Origin: a virus
DNA length: 64,000 bases
Virus record (IMG/VR): IMGVR_UViG_3300044638_006409
Location: 56,656-120,655 of that record
Strand: one strand, 5' to 3'
Part shown: positions 42,195 to 52,383 of the stretch, one piece after another
Layout: each line of letters opens with the position of its first letter
Position numbering within the stretch: the stretch's first letter is position 1
Notes under the pieces: model-generated
Told to the model about the DNA's origin: nothing
Seen by the model: only the letters and a program-made list of their open reading frames with translations
The model's database searches: none
Program-made: the position numbers and the translations under genes

Positions 42195-43589
42195 ATGAAA
42201 AAAATTATTATAGCCGAAAGTCAGGCAAAAAACCTAATTAAAATCCTTAAAGAACAAAATGAAGGTGACTATTATGAGATTACTGCTAAACAATATGAGG
42301 AACTATTGAAGTTAGCTTCATATAACTCAAAGGTTACTGGTATTAAAAAGTTTGGTGGGAAACCATTATATGTTGTTGGAGATGTTAATTTAAGTGGAAC
42401 TCCGATTAAAGATTTGGGTAATGTTGCTGTAATTACTGGACGATTGAATATCAGTAGTACACAAATTAGTAGTTTGGGTAACACGGTGGTTAAAGGATAT
42501 GTAACTGATTATAATACCCCAATCGAAAAAATGAGAATTAGAAGAGAGGAGTTGGCTAAATTGGCTGATGCTGATGAGAGGAGACAAGATGGAGAGTGGG
42601 ACTTGGATAATCCAAAGATTGATGATGAAGGATTGGCGGCAAATGCTTTGTTCGATTATTTGGTAGGTGAGGGTGACTTAAATGAAATGGATGAAAATAC
42701 TAAAAATGAAATTAAAGCTAAAAACGAAGAAATTGAAAGACTAGTTGAAGAAGGTCAAGGATTGGAAATGGATTCTGAAGAAAGGGAAGAAATATATGAT
42801 AGGATTACTGACTTACAGAATGAAATTGAGGAATTACAAGAGGGTATAGCTGATGTATATTATCTTATACCACAATCTTATCGTTCTTATGGTGACTTGA
42901 ACAATTTTGAGGTTATTGGTTTAAGGGGTCAAGAATACACTGTTGGTTATTGGGATGATGTTTATGAGGCCGCAATCGAGAATCAAGAACAATTAATCGA
43001 GGATATTGGTATTGATGGAATTAATCAATATTTGATTGAAGATAATTTAGATAAAGACCAAATCAGAGATGAAATGAGAGATTGGTATTATGATGATGTT
43101 CGTGAAAATCCTGATATATATTTCGATGAAGATGATTATGAATTAACAACTGAACAAGAGGAAAGACAAGAACAACTTGAGAACTACATCAACGAAATGG
43201 AAGAATTAAAATCTCAAAAACAAGAAGAATTAGAAGGAACTGAGGACGAAGATGAAATAGCTGATTTGGAAAGTGAAATTGAAGAAATAGAAGATAATAT
43301 TGAGAAAGCTCAAGAGGAACTTGATGGTATTGAACCTGATACTGAACCAAGTGAAGAAATGATTGACGAAAAAGTTGAATCCATTGTTAGACGAACAGAC
43401 CCAGTAGATTGGTTAAAAGAATTGGGTAGGGATTTGAAAGAGTATGTTGATATAAAAGGGGTTGCAACTGATATTGTAGATAGTGATGGTTTGGGTGTTA
43501 TGGCTTCTTATGATGGAAGATATGATGAACAAACTGTAACAACTCCTGATGGTAAGAAATATACTTTTGTCATAATGAGAATGAACTAG
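42195..43589 (+). CDS. Acidic coiled-coil protein with LRR-like N-domain and MKKIIIAESQ leader
   Basis: LSGTPIKDLGN and ISSTQISSLGN repeats. TATTTAT at 42159. Confidence 0.6.
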   Translation: MKKIIIAESQAKNLIKILKEQNEGDYYEITAKQYEELLKLASYNSKVTGIKKFGGKPLYVVGDVNLSGTPIKDLGNVAVITGRLNISSTQISSLGNTVVKGYVTDYNTPIEKMRIRREELAKLADADERRQDGEWDLDNPKIDDEGLAANALFDYLVGEGDLNEMDENTKNEIKAKNEEIERLVEEGQGLEMDSEEREEIYDRITDLQNEIEELQEGIADVYYLIPQSYRSYGDLNNFEVIGLRGQEYTVGYWDDVYEAAIENQEQLIEDIGIDGINQYLIEDNLDKDQIRDEMRDWYYDDVRENPDIYFDEDDYELTTEQEERQEQLENYINEMEELKSQKQEELEGTEDEDEIADLESEIEEIEDNIEKAQEELDGIEPDTEPSEEMIDEKVESIVRRTDPVDWLKELGRDLKEYVDIKGVATDIVDSDGLGVMASYDGRYDEQTVTTPDGKKYTFVIMRMN

Positions 43590-43624
43590 TTTATTTTAGA
43601 TAAAACTTTAATTATATTTTGAGT

Positions 43625-44326
43625 ATGAAGAAGAATAAATTAAAGTTTGTTATGAGTACAGATTGGATATTCGAAGGTGTCATTGACGCTGAATTAAAAG
43701 AATATGTCCTCTTAGGTTATTTCCAAAAACTGAACAAACAATTGGAAGAAATGAAAGTTTATCCAATGTTCACGGAAATTACCCTCCATTTAGCAAACAT
43801 TCGAAATCTATTATCAAAGAATCAAATATTATATACAGATAAGTCATTACTCAATGTTGACGATGAGATAACACTTGCTGACCTGAAAACTAAGGACAGA
43901 CCAATCTTAACCATACACGAAGAAACTGAACTTATAAAGATATTAAAATATAGTGATGCCAAACTACAAGATTACTTTGACATCATTAAATCTGTTTGGA
44001 CAATAGTTTATGATGCAATTGAGGTTGTATCTATATTAAACGAAGATAATTTGACTTCCAAGAAAGGTTATTTCTATACCAAATCTAGTAATTTGATAGA
44101 CATTTGGGAGTACAATATTAGAAAACACAAAGGTGAAAATAAGACAACCTTCAAACAAATTGAAGACCCCAACTTTTATACTCACCTTATATCAACTGAA
44201 AATGAGTTACCAACATTTTATATTCATTGTGATAAAGAAGTTCCATTCGAGGAAACTTTGTTACCATTGATGAAAAGAAAGGTATTGTCGTATATTTTTC
44301 AGTCAAAAAACTTAGCAATAAGGTAA
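43625..44326 (+). CDS. Conserved hypothetical protein (Bacteroidota-like)
   Basis: DW...IDAELKEYVLLGY and P.EETLLP..KR pattern. Confidence 0.55.
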   Translation: MKKNKLKFVMSTDWIFEGVIDAELKEYVLLGYFQKLNKQLEEMKVYPMFTEITLHLANIRNLLSKNQILYTDKSLLNVDDEITLADLKTKDRPILTIHEETELIKILKYSDAKLQDYFDIIKSVWTIVYDAIEVVSILNEDNLTSKKGYFYTKSSNLIDIWEYNIRKHKGENKTTFKQIEDPNFYTHLISTENELPTFYIHCDKEVPFEETLLPLMKRKVLSYIFQSKNLAIR

Positions 44327-44396
44327 TATTGGAAATTGGATTATTTGGTTGTGTTAAATTAATTATTAAAAGTTAATAAACCAATAAAACAATTTT

Positions 44397-45659
44397 ATGA
44401 AAAAACTTTTTATTTTACTTTTCGTTGTATTAGCAAGTTTACAATCTTGTAAACAAAAAGATTCTTGTGCTGATACAGTATGTCCAAATGGTCAAGTTTG
44501 TGTTGATGGAACTTGTCAAGGAGCAACAACTAATGTTGTAATATCATCAAACATTAGTTCTAACACAACTTGGACAGCAGACAATGTTTATGAGTTGGGT
44601 GGAAGAATCACGGTATTGGATGGTGTTACACTAACAATAGAACCAGGTACAGTTATCAAAGGTCAAGCAGGTACAGGAGCAAACGCAACAGCTTTATTAG
44701 TTGCAAGAGGTGGTAAAATCAATGCTGTTGGTACACCAACTAAACCTATTATCTTCACATCTGTTGCAGATGAAATTACACCTGAACAAGTAGGTGCTGG
44801 ACTTTTCATTAGTCCAAACCTTGACCCCGCAACACAAGGATTATGGGGTGGTGTTATTATATTAGGAAAAGCACCAATCTCAGCTTCAGCTAATGAAATC
44901 CAAATCGAAGGTATTCCTACTACTGACCCTAATGGTTTATATGGTGGAAATGATGTTAGTGATAACTCTGGTGTTATGAAATATATATCTATTCGACACG
45001 GAGGCGCAAACATTGGTAATGGTAACGAAATCAATGGTTTAACACTTGGTGGTGTTGGTAATGGAACAACAATTGAGAATATTGAAATCGTTGGTAATCA
45101 AGATGATGGTATTGAGTTCTTTGGTGGAACTGTAAATGTAACAAACCTTATTGTATGGTTTTCAGGTGACGATGCAATTGACACAGACCAAGCTTGGGCT
45201 GGAACATTAAATAATTTTATTGTAATTTGTGGTAGTGCAACTGACCATGCTTTAGAAATTGATGGACCTGAAGGTACTTTGATGGCATCTCACACTATAA
45301 GAAATGGTTCTGTAATTGGAAGTCCTGAAGCTGAATTGGGTGACTTTAGAGCTTGTCCAAGAGGAACATTCGAAAACATATTCTTCCGTGATTTCGTTGA
45401 CCCAGCTATTGCGGGTAGAGGTGACTTATCAATATCAAACCCAACAAATTCTACTTGTTCAACAGATAATTTAACATCAGGAGTTTTGACTTTCTCAAAC
45501 TTACAAGTTATACTTCCAGTAAATGTAACATTGAGTACCGTGTTTAGAAATGGTACGAGTGCTTTTGCTACTAATGTTGCAACTAGAACAATTGGTGCAA
45601 ACAAATCAACATTCAATTGGACTTGGACAGAACAAGCAAATCTATTATTGGGACTATAA
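44397..45659 (+). CDS. Lipoprotein with EGF-like Cys module and parallel beta-helix
   Basis: Lipobox LQSC, CADTVCPNGQVCVDGTC, LTIEPGTVIK, WGGVIILGKA, EINGLTLGGVG and DDGIEFFGG. Confidence 0.75.
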   Translation: MKKLFILLFVVLASLQSCKQKDSCADTVCPNGQVCVDGTCQGATTNVVISSNISSNTTWTADNVYELGGRITVLDGVTLTIEPGTVIKGQAGTGANATALLVARGGKINAVGTPTKPIIFTSVADEITPEQVGAGLFISPNLDPATQGLWGGVIILGKAPISASANEIQIEGIPTTDPNGLYGGNDVSDNSGVMKYISIRHGGANIGNGNEINGLTLGGVGNGTTIENIEIVGNQDDGIEFFGGTVNVTNLIVWFSGDDAIDTDQAWAGTLNNFIVICGSATDHALEIDGPEGTLMASHTIRNGSVIGSPEAELGDFRACPRGTFENIFFRDFVDPAIAGRGDLSISNPTNSTCSTDNLTSGVLTFSNLQVILPVNVTLSTVFRNGTSAFATNVATRTIGANKSTFNWTWTEQANLLLGL

Positions 45660-45679
45660 GAAATTAAAAACCAAATGAG

Positions 45680-45712
45680 AAAGGTTCTGACCAAAAGTTA
45701 GAACCTTTTTTT
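45680..45712 (+). terminator. Intrinsic terminator
   Basis: AAAGGTTCTGAC/GTTAGAACCTTT hairpin plus T-tract. Confidence 0.75.
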
Positions 45713-45735
45713 ATTGTCAAAATCAAAATACTAAT

Positions 45736-45942
45736 ATGGAATCACTAAAACTAAGAGTAACTCTAACCAACACAAAGGGGTGGAAAGAAACGAAAGATGT
45801 CCACCTATCACATTACCTATCTCAAAAAGAAGAAGGAAACGATGTTTTAGATAAAATCGTTGAACAACTTATTCAGGATTATGAAAGGATGGGAAAAAAT
45901 ATGAATGAAAATAAAATAGAAAATCAAAAATGGAGACCGTAA
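45736..45942 (+). CDS. Hypothetical protein
   Basis: 68-aa ORF. Confidence 0.45.
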   Translation: MESLKLRVTLTNTKGWKETKDVHLSHYLSQKEEGNDVLDKIVEQLIQDYERMGKNMNENKIENQKWRP

Positions 45943-46175
45943 TCAAAACTTGGGAAAAGAAAGAAAGTGTTAATCACCCTTCTCATTATGGAGGCGCTGA
46001 TAATGTTTATGAAGCGATAAAGGTGATAGATGCCTGGTCATTAGGATTTGCCTTGGGTAATACTGTAAAGTATATCAGTAGGGCAGGTAAGAAAGACCAA
46101 TCAAAAGAATTAGAAGACCTAAAGAAAGCTTTATGGTATCTTCAACACCACATCAATCAATTAGAGAATAAATGA
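45930..46175 (+). CDS. DUF3310 family protein
   Basis: VNHPSHY, GNTVKYISRAGKK and EDLKKALWYL motifs. Confidence 0.85.
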   Translation: METVIKTWEKKESVNHPSHYGGADNVYEAIKVIDAWSLGFALGNTVKYISRAGKKDQSKELEDLKKALWYLQHHINQLENK

Positions 46176-46969
46176 ATACACCAATAAAATATTTCGGGGG
46201 AAAAGGAACAATGTTTAACAATATTATAGAACACTTCCCCAACCAAAATGACTTTAACATTTATTTAGAACCATTCGGTGGTTCCTTCTCAATAGGATTG
46301 AAAAAACCTGAAACTGAAATTGAGATTTACAATGATATAGAACAAAATGTTTATTCCCTTTATAAAGTTTTGTCGGATAAAGATTTATTCGATGAGTTCA
46401 AGTTCAAATGTGATTTAACTCATTTCTCCGAAGATTTAAGGAAGGAATTCAAAGATAAGTTGAAAGGTGACTTAACCACTTTGGATAGAGCATTTTACTT
46501 TTTTTATGTAAACAGAACATCACATAATGGTGTGGGTGGAATTACAATCAGCAACATAGTAAGAAGGAAGATGAGTAAATCAACTTCAGATTTTTTGTCT
46601 GCAATTGATAGATTACCTGAATTACACGATAGATTGTCAAAAGTAATTATGTTAAACACTAATGGAATAAAGTTGATTGAAAAATATAAGGAATATCCAA
46701 ATTGTTTCATTTATGCTGACCCCCCTTATGAACAATCAACCAGAACAAATGCGAGATATAAGGAAGATATGGATAGAGATGGACATATTAAGTTTCTCGA
46801 TTCTGTTATTGATTCCAAAGCTAAGATATTGATTAGTGGATATGATTGTGAATTATATGATAGATTGACTGATAATGGATTTATTAAAGTTCATTTTGAT
46901 GTAAAAACTGTTGATGGTAACCATAAACCTAAAACCAAAACTGAAACTCTTTGGAAGAACTATGAATAA
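46172..46969 (+). CDS. Dam-family (D12) DNA adenine methyltransferase
   Basis: KYFGGK, EPFGGS and YADPPY motifs. Confidence 0.9.
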   Translation: MNTPIKYFGGKGTMFNNIIEHFPNQNDFNIYLEPFGGSFSIGLKKPETEIEIYNDIEQNVYSLYKVLSDKDLFDEFKFKCDLTHFSEDLRKEFKDKLKGDLTTLDRAFYFFYVNRTSHNGVGGITISNIVRRKMSKSTSDFLSAIDRLPELHDRLSKVIMLNTNGIKLIEKYKEYPNCFIYADPPYEQSTRTNARYKEDMDRDGHIKFLDSVIDSKAKILISGYDCELYDRLTDNGFIKVHFDVKTVDGNHKPKTKTETLWKNYE

Positions 46970-47006
46970 AGTTTATTAAAAAAAGAATAAAAATTTTTAG
47001 AAATGT

Positions 47007-47037
47007 TTTGGTTGTAAAAATATTTTTCATACATTTG
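47007..47037 (+). promoter_or_regulatory. Bacteroidota housekeeping-type promoter
   Basis: TTTG (47007), 19-nt spacer, TACATTTG (47030). Confidence 0.65.
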
Positions 47038-47098
47038 TAATTAATCCACTTGTGAAACTATTTAAAATCATTTTATATTACAATTTAAACTCCAAACT

Positions 47099-48139
47099 AT
47101 GAATCACGATTTAACTGCAACAGCAGAATTAGAACTTTCAGAGAATCAAATTATGTCCATTCTCAACAATTTAACAAATGATAATTTTTTGAAATTGTTT
47201 AATGAACAACAAATACAAAGAAATTTATCAATTACAGGTGAGGAACTTTTACATACAATTGACCACAGAGGAAAATCTAAGGTTTACGATGAAGGGGTTC
47301 TTAATTATACAACAGATTTAGATACATTTTCATTTGGAAAGTCGAATCGTAAGATTATCCAAAAAAAAGTAGATGAAATATGTAAAACAATTGAAGAATA
47401 CGGTATAATTGTCCCAATTATTGTGGATAAAAAATTAGAAATTGGTGAAGGACAACATCGTGTAAAGGCTTTGATGAAGTATAATGAAAATAACCCCAAC
47501 AATAAAAAAGGGATTTATTTTATAATTCGTAAAAAAATTCCCCCTCAGACAGTTAAAGTTATGAATAGAACTTTTACGAATTGGAAAAATCCTGATTATT
47601 TACATTCTTATGTTGAAGATGGATTACCTGAATATATTAAGTTGAAAAACTTTATTGAAAAAAATAAAGAATTCACATTCTATTTTTGTACAGCAATGTG
47701 TCAAAATGATTTGTCTGGTGTCGATAGACATGGTGGAAAATCGAATATAAAACATAATACTCATCAATCGATGAAAGACAAATTTGAACAAGGTCTATGG
47801 ACAGTTGCTTCTGATGACCCAAATTTGGAAAGAGCTCAACGATATGCCGATGATATTAAAAAGGTGACTAAAGTTTGTAATATTACATCTCAACATTTTT
47901 ATTTTGCGTTATTAAATTTATTAATGAATGTACCCAAGTTTGATTTGAATAGATTTATAAATAAACTTCAAGAAAATTATTTGTATTATCACAAAGTTCA
48001 AATTCATAACAGAGAACAAGCATATGATTTAATCAATGCTGTTTACAATGTAAAATCAAAGAAAAAGAATGAAGAGGAGTTAAACATATTACAATTTTGG
48101 AATAATAAAAAAAGAAGAAAAAAAACCGTAAATGAATAA
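47099..48139 (+). CDS. ParB/Srx N-terminal domain protein
   Basis: NR.I, PIIVD...IGEGQHR..AL and MN...NW motifs. Confidence 0.7.
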   Translation: MNHDLTATAELELSENQIMSILNNLTNDNFLKLFNEQQIQRNLSITGEELLHTIDHRGKSKVYDEGVLNYTTDLDTFSFGKSNRKIIQKKVDEICKTIEEYGIIVPIIVDKKLEIGEGQHRVKALMKYNENNPNNKKGIYFIIRKKIPPQTVKVMNRTFTNWKNPDYLHSYVEDGLPEYIKLKNFIEKNKEFTFYFCTAMCQNDLSGVDRHGGKSNIKHNTHQSMKDKFEQGLWTVASDDPNLERAQRYADDIKKVTKVCNITSQHFYFALLNLLMNVPKFDLNRFINKLQENYLYYHKVQIHNREQAYDLINAVYNVKSKKKNEEELNILQFWNNKKRRKKTVNE

Positions 48140-48494
48140 AGTTTATTTGATTGATATAGATGGGACAATTTGTGAGGATATAAGAAATGAAGACTCCCAT
48201 CTATATCCATTTGCCTTACATTACGAGGAAAGTAGATTGATTCTTAACAAGTGGTATGATGATGGAAACATTATAACATTCTTTACTGCCAGAGAGAGTA
48301 AAGATAGACATATTACAGAAGATTGGTTAAGATTGAAGGGGTTTAAGTTTCACGGATTGATTATGGATAAACCAAGATGTAAAGATGGTCAGGTTTATCA
48401 CTGGATTGATAATAGACCTGTAAAAGCAACAACTTATAAAGGTAATTGGAGTGAACTTAAACAGATTTACGCAAAAGTACAAATATTCGAATAA
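48132..48494 (+). CDS. HAD-superfamily phosphatase
   Basis: IDIDGT, FTAR, MDKP and IDN motifs. Confidence 0.8.
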   Translation: MNKVYLIDIDGTICEDIRNEDSHLYPFALHYEESRLILNKWYDDGNIITFFTARESKDRHITEDWLRLKGFKFHGLIMDKPRCKDGQVYHWIDNRPVKATTYKGNWSELKQIYAKVQIFE

Positions 48495-48640
48495 TGATGG
48501 TAAAAAGATTTGTTAGATTTCCAAATGAAATGGATTTCGTTGAAATGGAAATCAATATGGATGATTTTAATATGGTTACAGAGTTTAGTGACCAGATGTT
48601 TGGATGGTATAAAGGAACTTATATTTCAATAAAGTTATAA
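48494..48640 (+). CDS. 48-aa hypothetical protein (missing from the ORF track)
   Basis: Hand-translated MMVKRFVRFPNE...YISIKL. Fills the gap in the operon. Confidence 0.5.
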   Translation: MMVKRFVRFPNEMDFVEMEINMDDFNMVTEFSDQMFGWYKGTYISIKL

Positions 48641-48645
48641 AATTA

Positions 48646-49260
48646 GTGAGAGTATTAAATCTATATGCTGGTATAGGTGGGAATAGGAAATATTGGGAAA
48701 ATGTTGATGTGACAGCGGTGGAATACAATGAAGAAATCGCAAATGTCTATCAACATTTTTTTCCTAATGACACAATTGTGGTTGGTGATGCCCACGAATA
48801 CCTCGCCAAGAACTGGAGAAACTTTGATTTTATTTGGTCAAGTCCCCCCTGTCAAAGTCATAGTAAAGTTAGAATGATGGCAAGCAAAGGAGGAAGTTAT
48901 GACTCCGTAATGCCTGATATGAAGTTATGGGCTGAAATTATTTTCTTACAAAACTTTACCAAGAATACGAACATCAAGTTTGTTGTCGAAAATGTTAAAC
49001 CATATTATGAACCATTTGTCAAACCAACAATAAAGTTGGGGAGACATTTGTTTTGGACAAACATTGATATCCCTGAAATTGAAATTAAAGATGGATTGAC
49101 CCATAATGAGAGGGGAAGTTCTGAGAAAGGTTATTTTGATTTGAGGGAGTTTAAGTTATCCCACAGAAAAGACCAGATAATTAGAAATTGTGTTGACCCT
49201 GATGTTGGAAAATATATTTTGGATTGTGTATTAAGACCTGAAGAATTAAAATTAACTTAA
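48646..49260 (+). CDS. Compact C5-cytosine DNA methyltransferase
   Basis: LYAGIGG, SSPPCQ and VENV motifs. Confidence 0.8.
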   Translation: MRVLNLYAGIGGNRKYWENVDVTAVEYNEEIANVYQHFFPNDTIVVGDAHEYLAKNWRNFDFIWSSPPCQSHSKVRMMASKGGSYDSVMPDMKLWAEIIFLQNFTKNTNIKFVVENVKPYYEPFVKPTIKLGRHLFWTNIDIPEIEIKDGLTHNERGSSEKGYFDLREFKLSHRKDQIIRNCVDPDVGKYILDCVLRPEELKLT

Positions 49261-49314
49261 TATAGTATTCGTGGTAATGTAAGCCCCAATTCCTATTTAT
49301 CAATAAAAAGATAT

Positions 49315-50028
49315 ATGGACAAGTGGAAAACAATTATTATGAGTGATTTACATTTAGGTGCAATTCAATCAAACACTGACAAGATTATTGAGTTCTTGGA
49401 TTATAATGATGCTGAGACAATAATATTAAATGGTGATATTATTGATGGATGGGCATTAAAGAGGGGAACTAAATGGAAAAAGGGTGACTCAAAAATAATT
49501 AGAAAGTTAATGAAAAAGGCCGAACACGGAACAAAAATCATCTATCTACACGGAAATCACGATGATTTTATGAATCAGTTTGTCCCTTTTCAAATGGGTA
49601 AGATTGATTTTGTAAGAGAGTATGGTTTCAAGGGTGTTGATGGTAGATTATATTATTGTTTCCACGGAGATGTATTGGATTTTATCGTGATTAAAATGAA
49701 ATGGGTCGCGTTAATTGGGGGATGGTCATATGATTTTGTTATTAAACTTAATACATTTTATAATTTCATCAGGAAGAAACTTAATTTACCTTATCATTCA
49801 TTAGCAAACATTATTAAAAGAAATGTTAAGGGGTTGAATAATTTCATTGAGAAGTTTGAAACAAATGCAACAAAGTTGGCCAAACAAAAAGGATATGATG
49901 TTGCGGTTTGTGGACACATTCACCAACCCAAAATAGATGTTGATTATATGAACTCAGGTGATTTTTGTGAAAATACAACTTGTTTAGTTGAAAATGTTGA
50001 TGGAAACTGGTATATCATTGAAGTGTAA
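49315..50028 (+). CDS. LpxH-like metallophosphoesterase (UDP-2,3-diacylglucosamine diphosphatase family)
   Basis: SDLHLG, GDIIDGW, GNHD, HGD, CGHIH and YMNSGD motifs. Confidence 0.8.
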   Translation: MDKWKTIIMSDLHLGAIQSNTDKIIEFLDYNDAETIILNGDIIDGWALKRGTKWKKGDSKIIRKLMKKAEHGTKIIYLHGNHDDFMNQFVPFQMGKIDFVREYGFKGVDGRLYYCFHGDVLDFIVIKMKWVALIGGWSYDFVIKLNTFYNFIRKKLNLPYHSLANIIKRNVKGLNNFIEKFETNATKLAKQKGYDVAVCGHIHQPKIDVDYMNSGDFCENTTCLVENVDGNWYIIEV

Positions 50029-50031
50029 ATT

Positions 50032-50379
50032 ATGGAAATAAGAAAAGTTAGTTATAAAGAAGTTGAAAAAGAATTCGTTGAAATAAAACCAGATTTATTG
50101 GATGAAACTGCAACATATTATGGTTGTTTCTACAAAGAAGAACTTGTTGGTATTGTTTCATATATCGAACATCCTTATGTTATTTATCTCTGTCATGCCT
50201 TTGTCAAAGAAGAACATAGAAACAAAGGAATATATAAAATGCTTTGGAATTATAGAGGTATTAAATTAAAAGACACCGAAAAACAAGTTTATGCTCATTG
50301 TAATGTTAATAGTTTGAAACATTTTATTAACAACGGATACAACATTGAAAAAGCATTATTCAAGGTTGTAAAAAAATAG
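50032..50379 (+). CDS. GNAT acetyltransferase
   Basis: FVKEEHRNKGIYK acetyl-CoA binding motif. Confidence 0.75.
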   Translation: MEIRKVSYKEVEKEFVEIKPDLLDETATYYGCFYKEELVGIVSYIEHPYVIYLCHAFVKEEHRNKGIYKMLWNYRGIKLKDTEKQVYAHCNVNSLKHFINNGYNIEKALFKVVKK

Positions 50380-50423
50380 TTGACAATCCCCCATTTTTTA
50401 TCTATCCTCAATTAAAAAAATTA

Positions 50424-50855
50424 ATGGAATTAGTAACGACTTATATTTGTAAGACCTCAGATAATGGTGTCCACGATAATATATTCGGTGGAACAATATT
50501 GGGGTTAATCGACCAAAGTGCTGGTGCTTATGCGGCACAGATATGTGATACACCAAGAATGGTGACAATCAAAATTGATGAACTTTTATTTAAGAACTCC
50601 GTTAAGGTTGGAAATATTATTAAGTTCTATGCCACAGTTAAAGAGTTTGGAACTAGTTCCGTAACTTTATATATGGAGGTTAGAAAACATAATGTTTATA
50701 CTGGACATCAAGATGTGGTAGTATCAACCAATATCAAGTTTGTAAGAATTGATGAAGAAGGTAGAGCCATTCCAATCTCTGACAGAGTTAAAACAAGATA
50801 CTACAACAGAATGGAACAATATGGTAAAGGACTATTAAACCCTGAAGAAAAATAA
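50424..50855 (+). CDS. Hot-dog fold acyl-CoA thioesterase (YciA-like)
   Basis: NIFGG.IL..ID, GTSSV and FVRIDEEGR motifs. Confidence 0.85.
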   Translation: MELVTTYICKTSDNGVHDNIFGGTILGLIDQSAGAYAAQICDTPRMVTIKIDELLFKNSVKVGNIIKFYATVKEFGTSSVTLYMEVRKHNVYTGHQDVVVSTNIKFVRIDEEGRAIPISDRVKTRYYNRMEQYGKGLLNPEEK

Positions 50856-50860
50856 TATAT

Positions 50861-51991
50861 ATGAATAAATTAGATTTGGATTATAAAGAACTCCTATTGG
50901 ATATAATGACAAATGGGGTTAAGAAAAGTGATAGAACAGGTACTGGAACAATATCAGTATTCGGTCGCCAGATAAGACATAAAATGTCAGATGGATTTCC
51001 AGTCCTAACAACCAAGAAAATGTATTTCAAGGGAATTGTGACTGAATTGATTTGGTTTTTAAGGGGTGATACCAATATAAAATATTTGGTTGATAATGAT
51101 TGTAACATATGGACAGGAGACGCTTATAAGAAGTATATAATGTTACCAAAAGAACTATCTGAAGTCGTTTCAGATAGTGGAAAATTTAATGGTCGAAATT
51201 TAACACAAGAAGAATTCATCAACAAAATCAAAACAGATGATGAGTTTGCTAAGAAGTGGGGTGAATTGGGAAAAATATATGGAAGACAATGGCGAAGATG
51301 GAAGGTTTATAAGTATGAAAGTGGTACGGGTCATTTATACTCAGATGTTGATAGTAATGGTATAAAACAACATATAGACCAAATCGCCAACCTAATCCAC
51401 GACCTTAAAACAAATCCTGATTCCCGAAGATTGATGGTATCAGCTTGGAATCCAGCGGATTTACCAAATATGGTTCTCCCACCTTGTCATTATGGATTTC
51501 AAGTTTGGACAAGAGAGTTGAGTGATGAAGAAAGAATTAAGTTATTGGTTAAATTAGAAAATCCAAAAGGATATGAAGGTGTGAAAATAACTGATACTGT
51601 TCAAGAATTATTAACTATTAACAATATTCCAACCAGAACAATCTCTCTTATGTGGAATCAAAGATCGATTGATACAGGATTGGGGCTTCCATATAATATC
51701 ACATCTTATGCTTTGTTATTGACGATATTGGGTAAAATGACTAATATGATACCTGAAGAATTAATTGGTAATTTGGGTGACACACACATCTATTCAGACC
51801 ATATTGATGGACTCAAAGAACAATTAACTAGAGAACCATATCAATTACCCACATTGAAGATTAATTCAGGTAATGAGAATTGGCATCTATTGGAATTGGA
51901 TGAAGTATTGAATACATTAGACCCAAGTGTAACATTCAAGTTAGAAAATTATCAATCACACCCAACCATAAAATTACCATTATCTAATTAA
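50861..51991 (+). CDS. thyA: Thymidylate synthase
   Basis: DRTGTGT, ELIWFLRG, SRR, LPPCH, QRS.D..LGLP.N and GDTHIY motifs. Confidence 0.95.
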   Translation: MNKLDLDYKELLLDIMTNGVKKSDRTGTGTISVFGRQIRHKMSDGFPVLTTKKMYFKGIVTELIWFLRGDTNIKYLVDNDCNIWTGDAYKKYIMLPKELSEVVSDSGKFNGRNLTQEEFINKIKTDDEFAKKWGELGKIYGRQWRRWKVYKYESGTGHLYSDVDSNGIKQHIDQIANLIHDLKTNPDSRRLMVSAWNPADLPNMVLPPCHYGFQVWTRELSDEERIKLLVKLENPKGYEGVKITDTVQELLTINNIPTRTISLMWNQRSIDTGLGLPYNITSYALLLTILGKMTNMIPEELIGNLGDTHIYSDHIDGLKEQLTREPYQLPTLKINSGNENWHLLELDEVLNTLDPSVTFKLENYQSHPTIKLPLSN

Positions 51992-51992
51992 T

Positions 51993-52382
51993 ATGACACT
52001 AGACAATTTAAGATTGTTAATTAAAGATGTTTTTGATAATTCAACAGACATCAAAGAAATTGAAAGTTCCATATTTTCTTTAATAAGATTATATGAGATG
52101 ACTTATAATCCTGACTCAATGTTCATCAAAGACAAATACGAATACAAAGAAACTAATTACCTAAACATAAATTGTGGATGCAAACCTGAAAATGGTGGTA
52201 ATGGTATTTGTGGTTCTACGATTGGGAGTGTTATGGAACTAATGCAAAAAAAATATGAAGGGACAATTAAATCAAATACAACAACATATTCTGATGCTTT
52301 AAGTTGCGGTTTTGGTATTTGCAATTGTACATCAGAAAGTAACTATACATATTGTTTAACTTCAACTAAAACAACAATATAA
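51993..52382 (+). CDS. Hypothetical Cys-containing protein
   Basis: CGCKPENGGNGICG motif. Confidence 0.5.
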   Translation: MTLDNLRLLIKDVFDNSTDIKEIESSIFSLIRLYEMTYNPDSMFIKDKYEYKETNYLNINCGCKPENGGNGICGSTIGSVMELMQKKYEGTIKSNTTTYSDALSCGFGICNCTSESNYTYCLTSTKTTI

Positions 52383-52383
52383 T

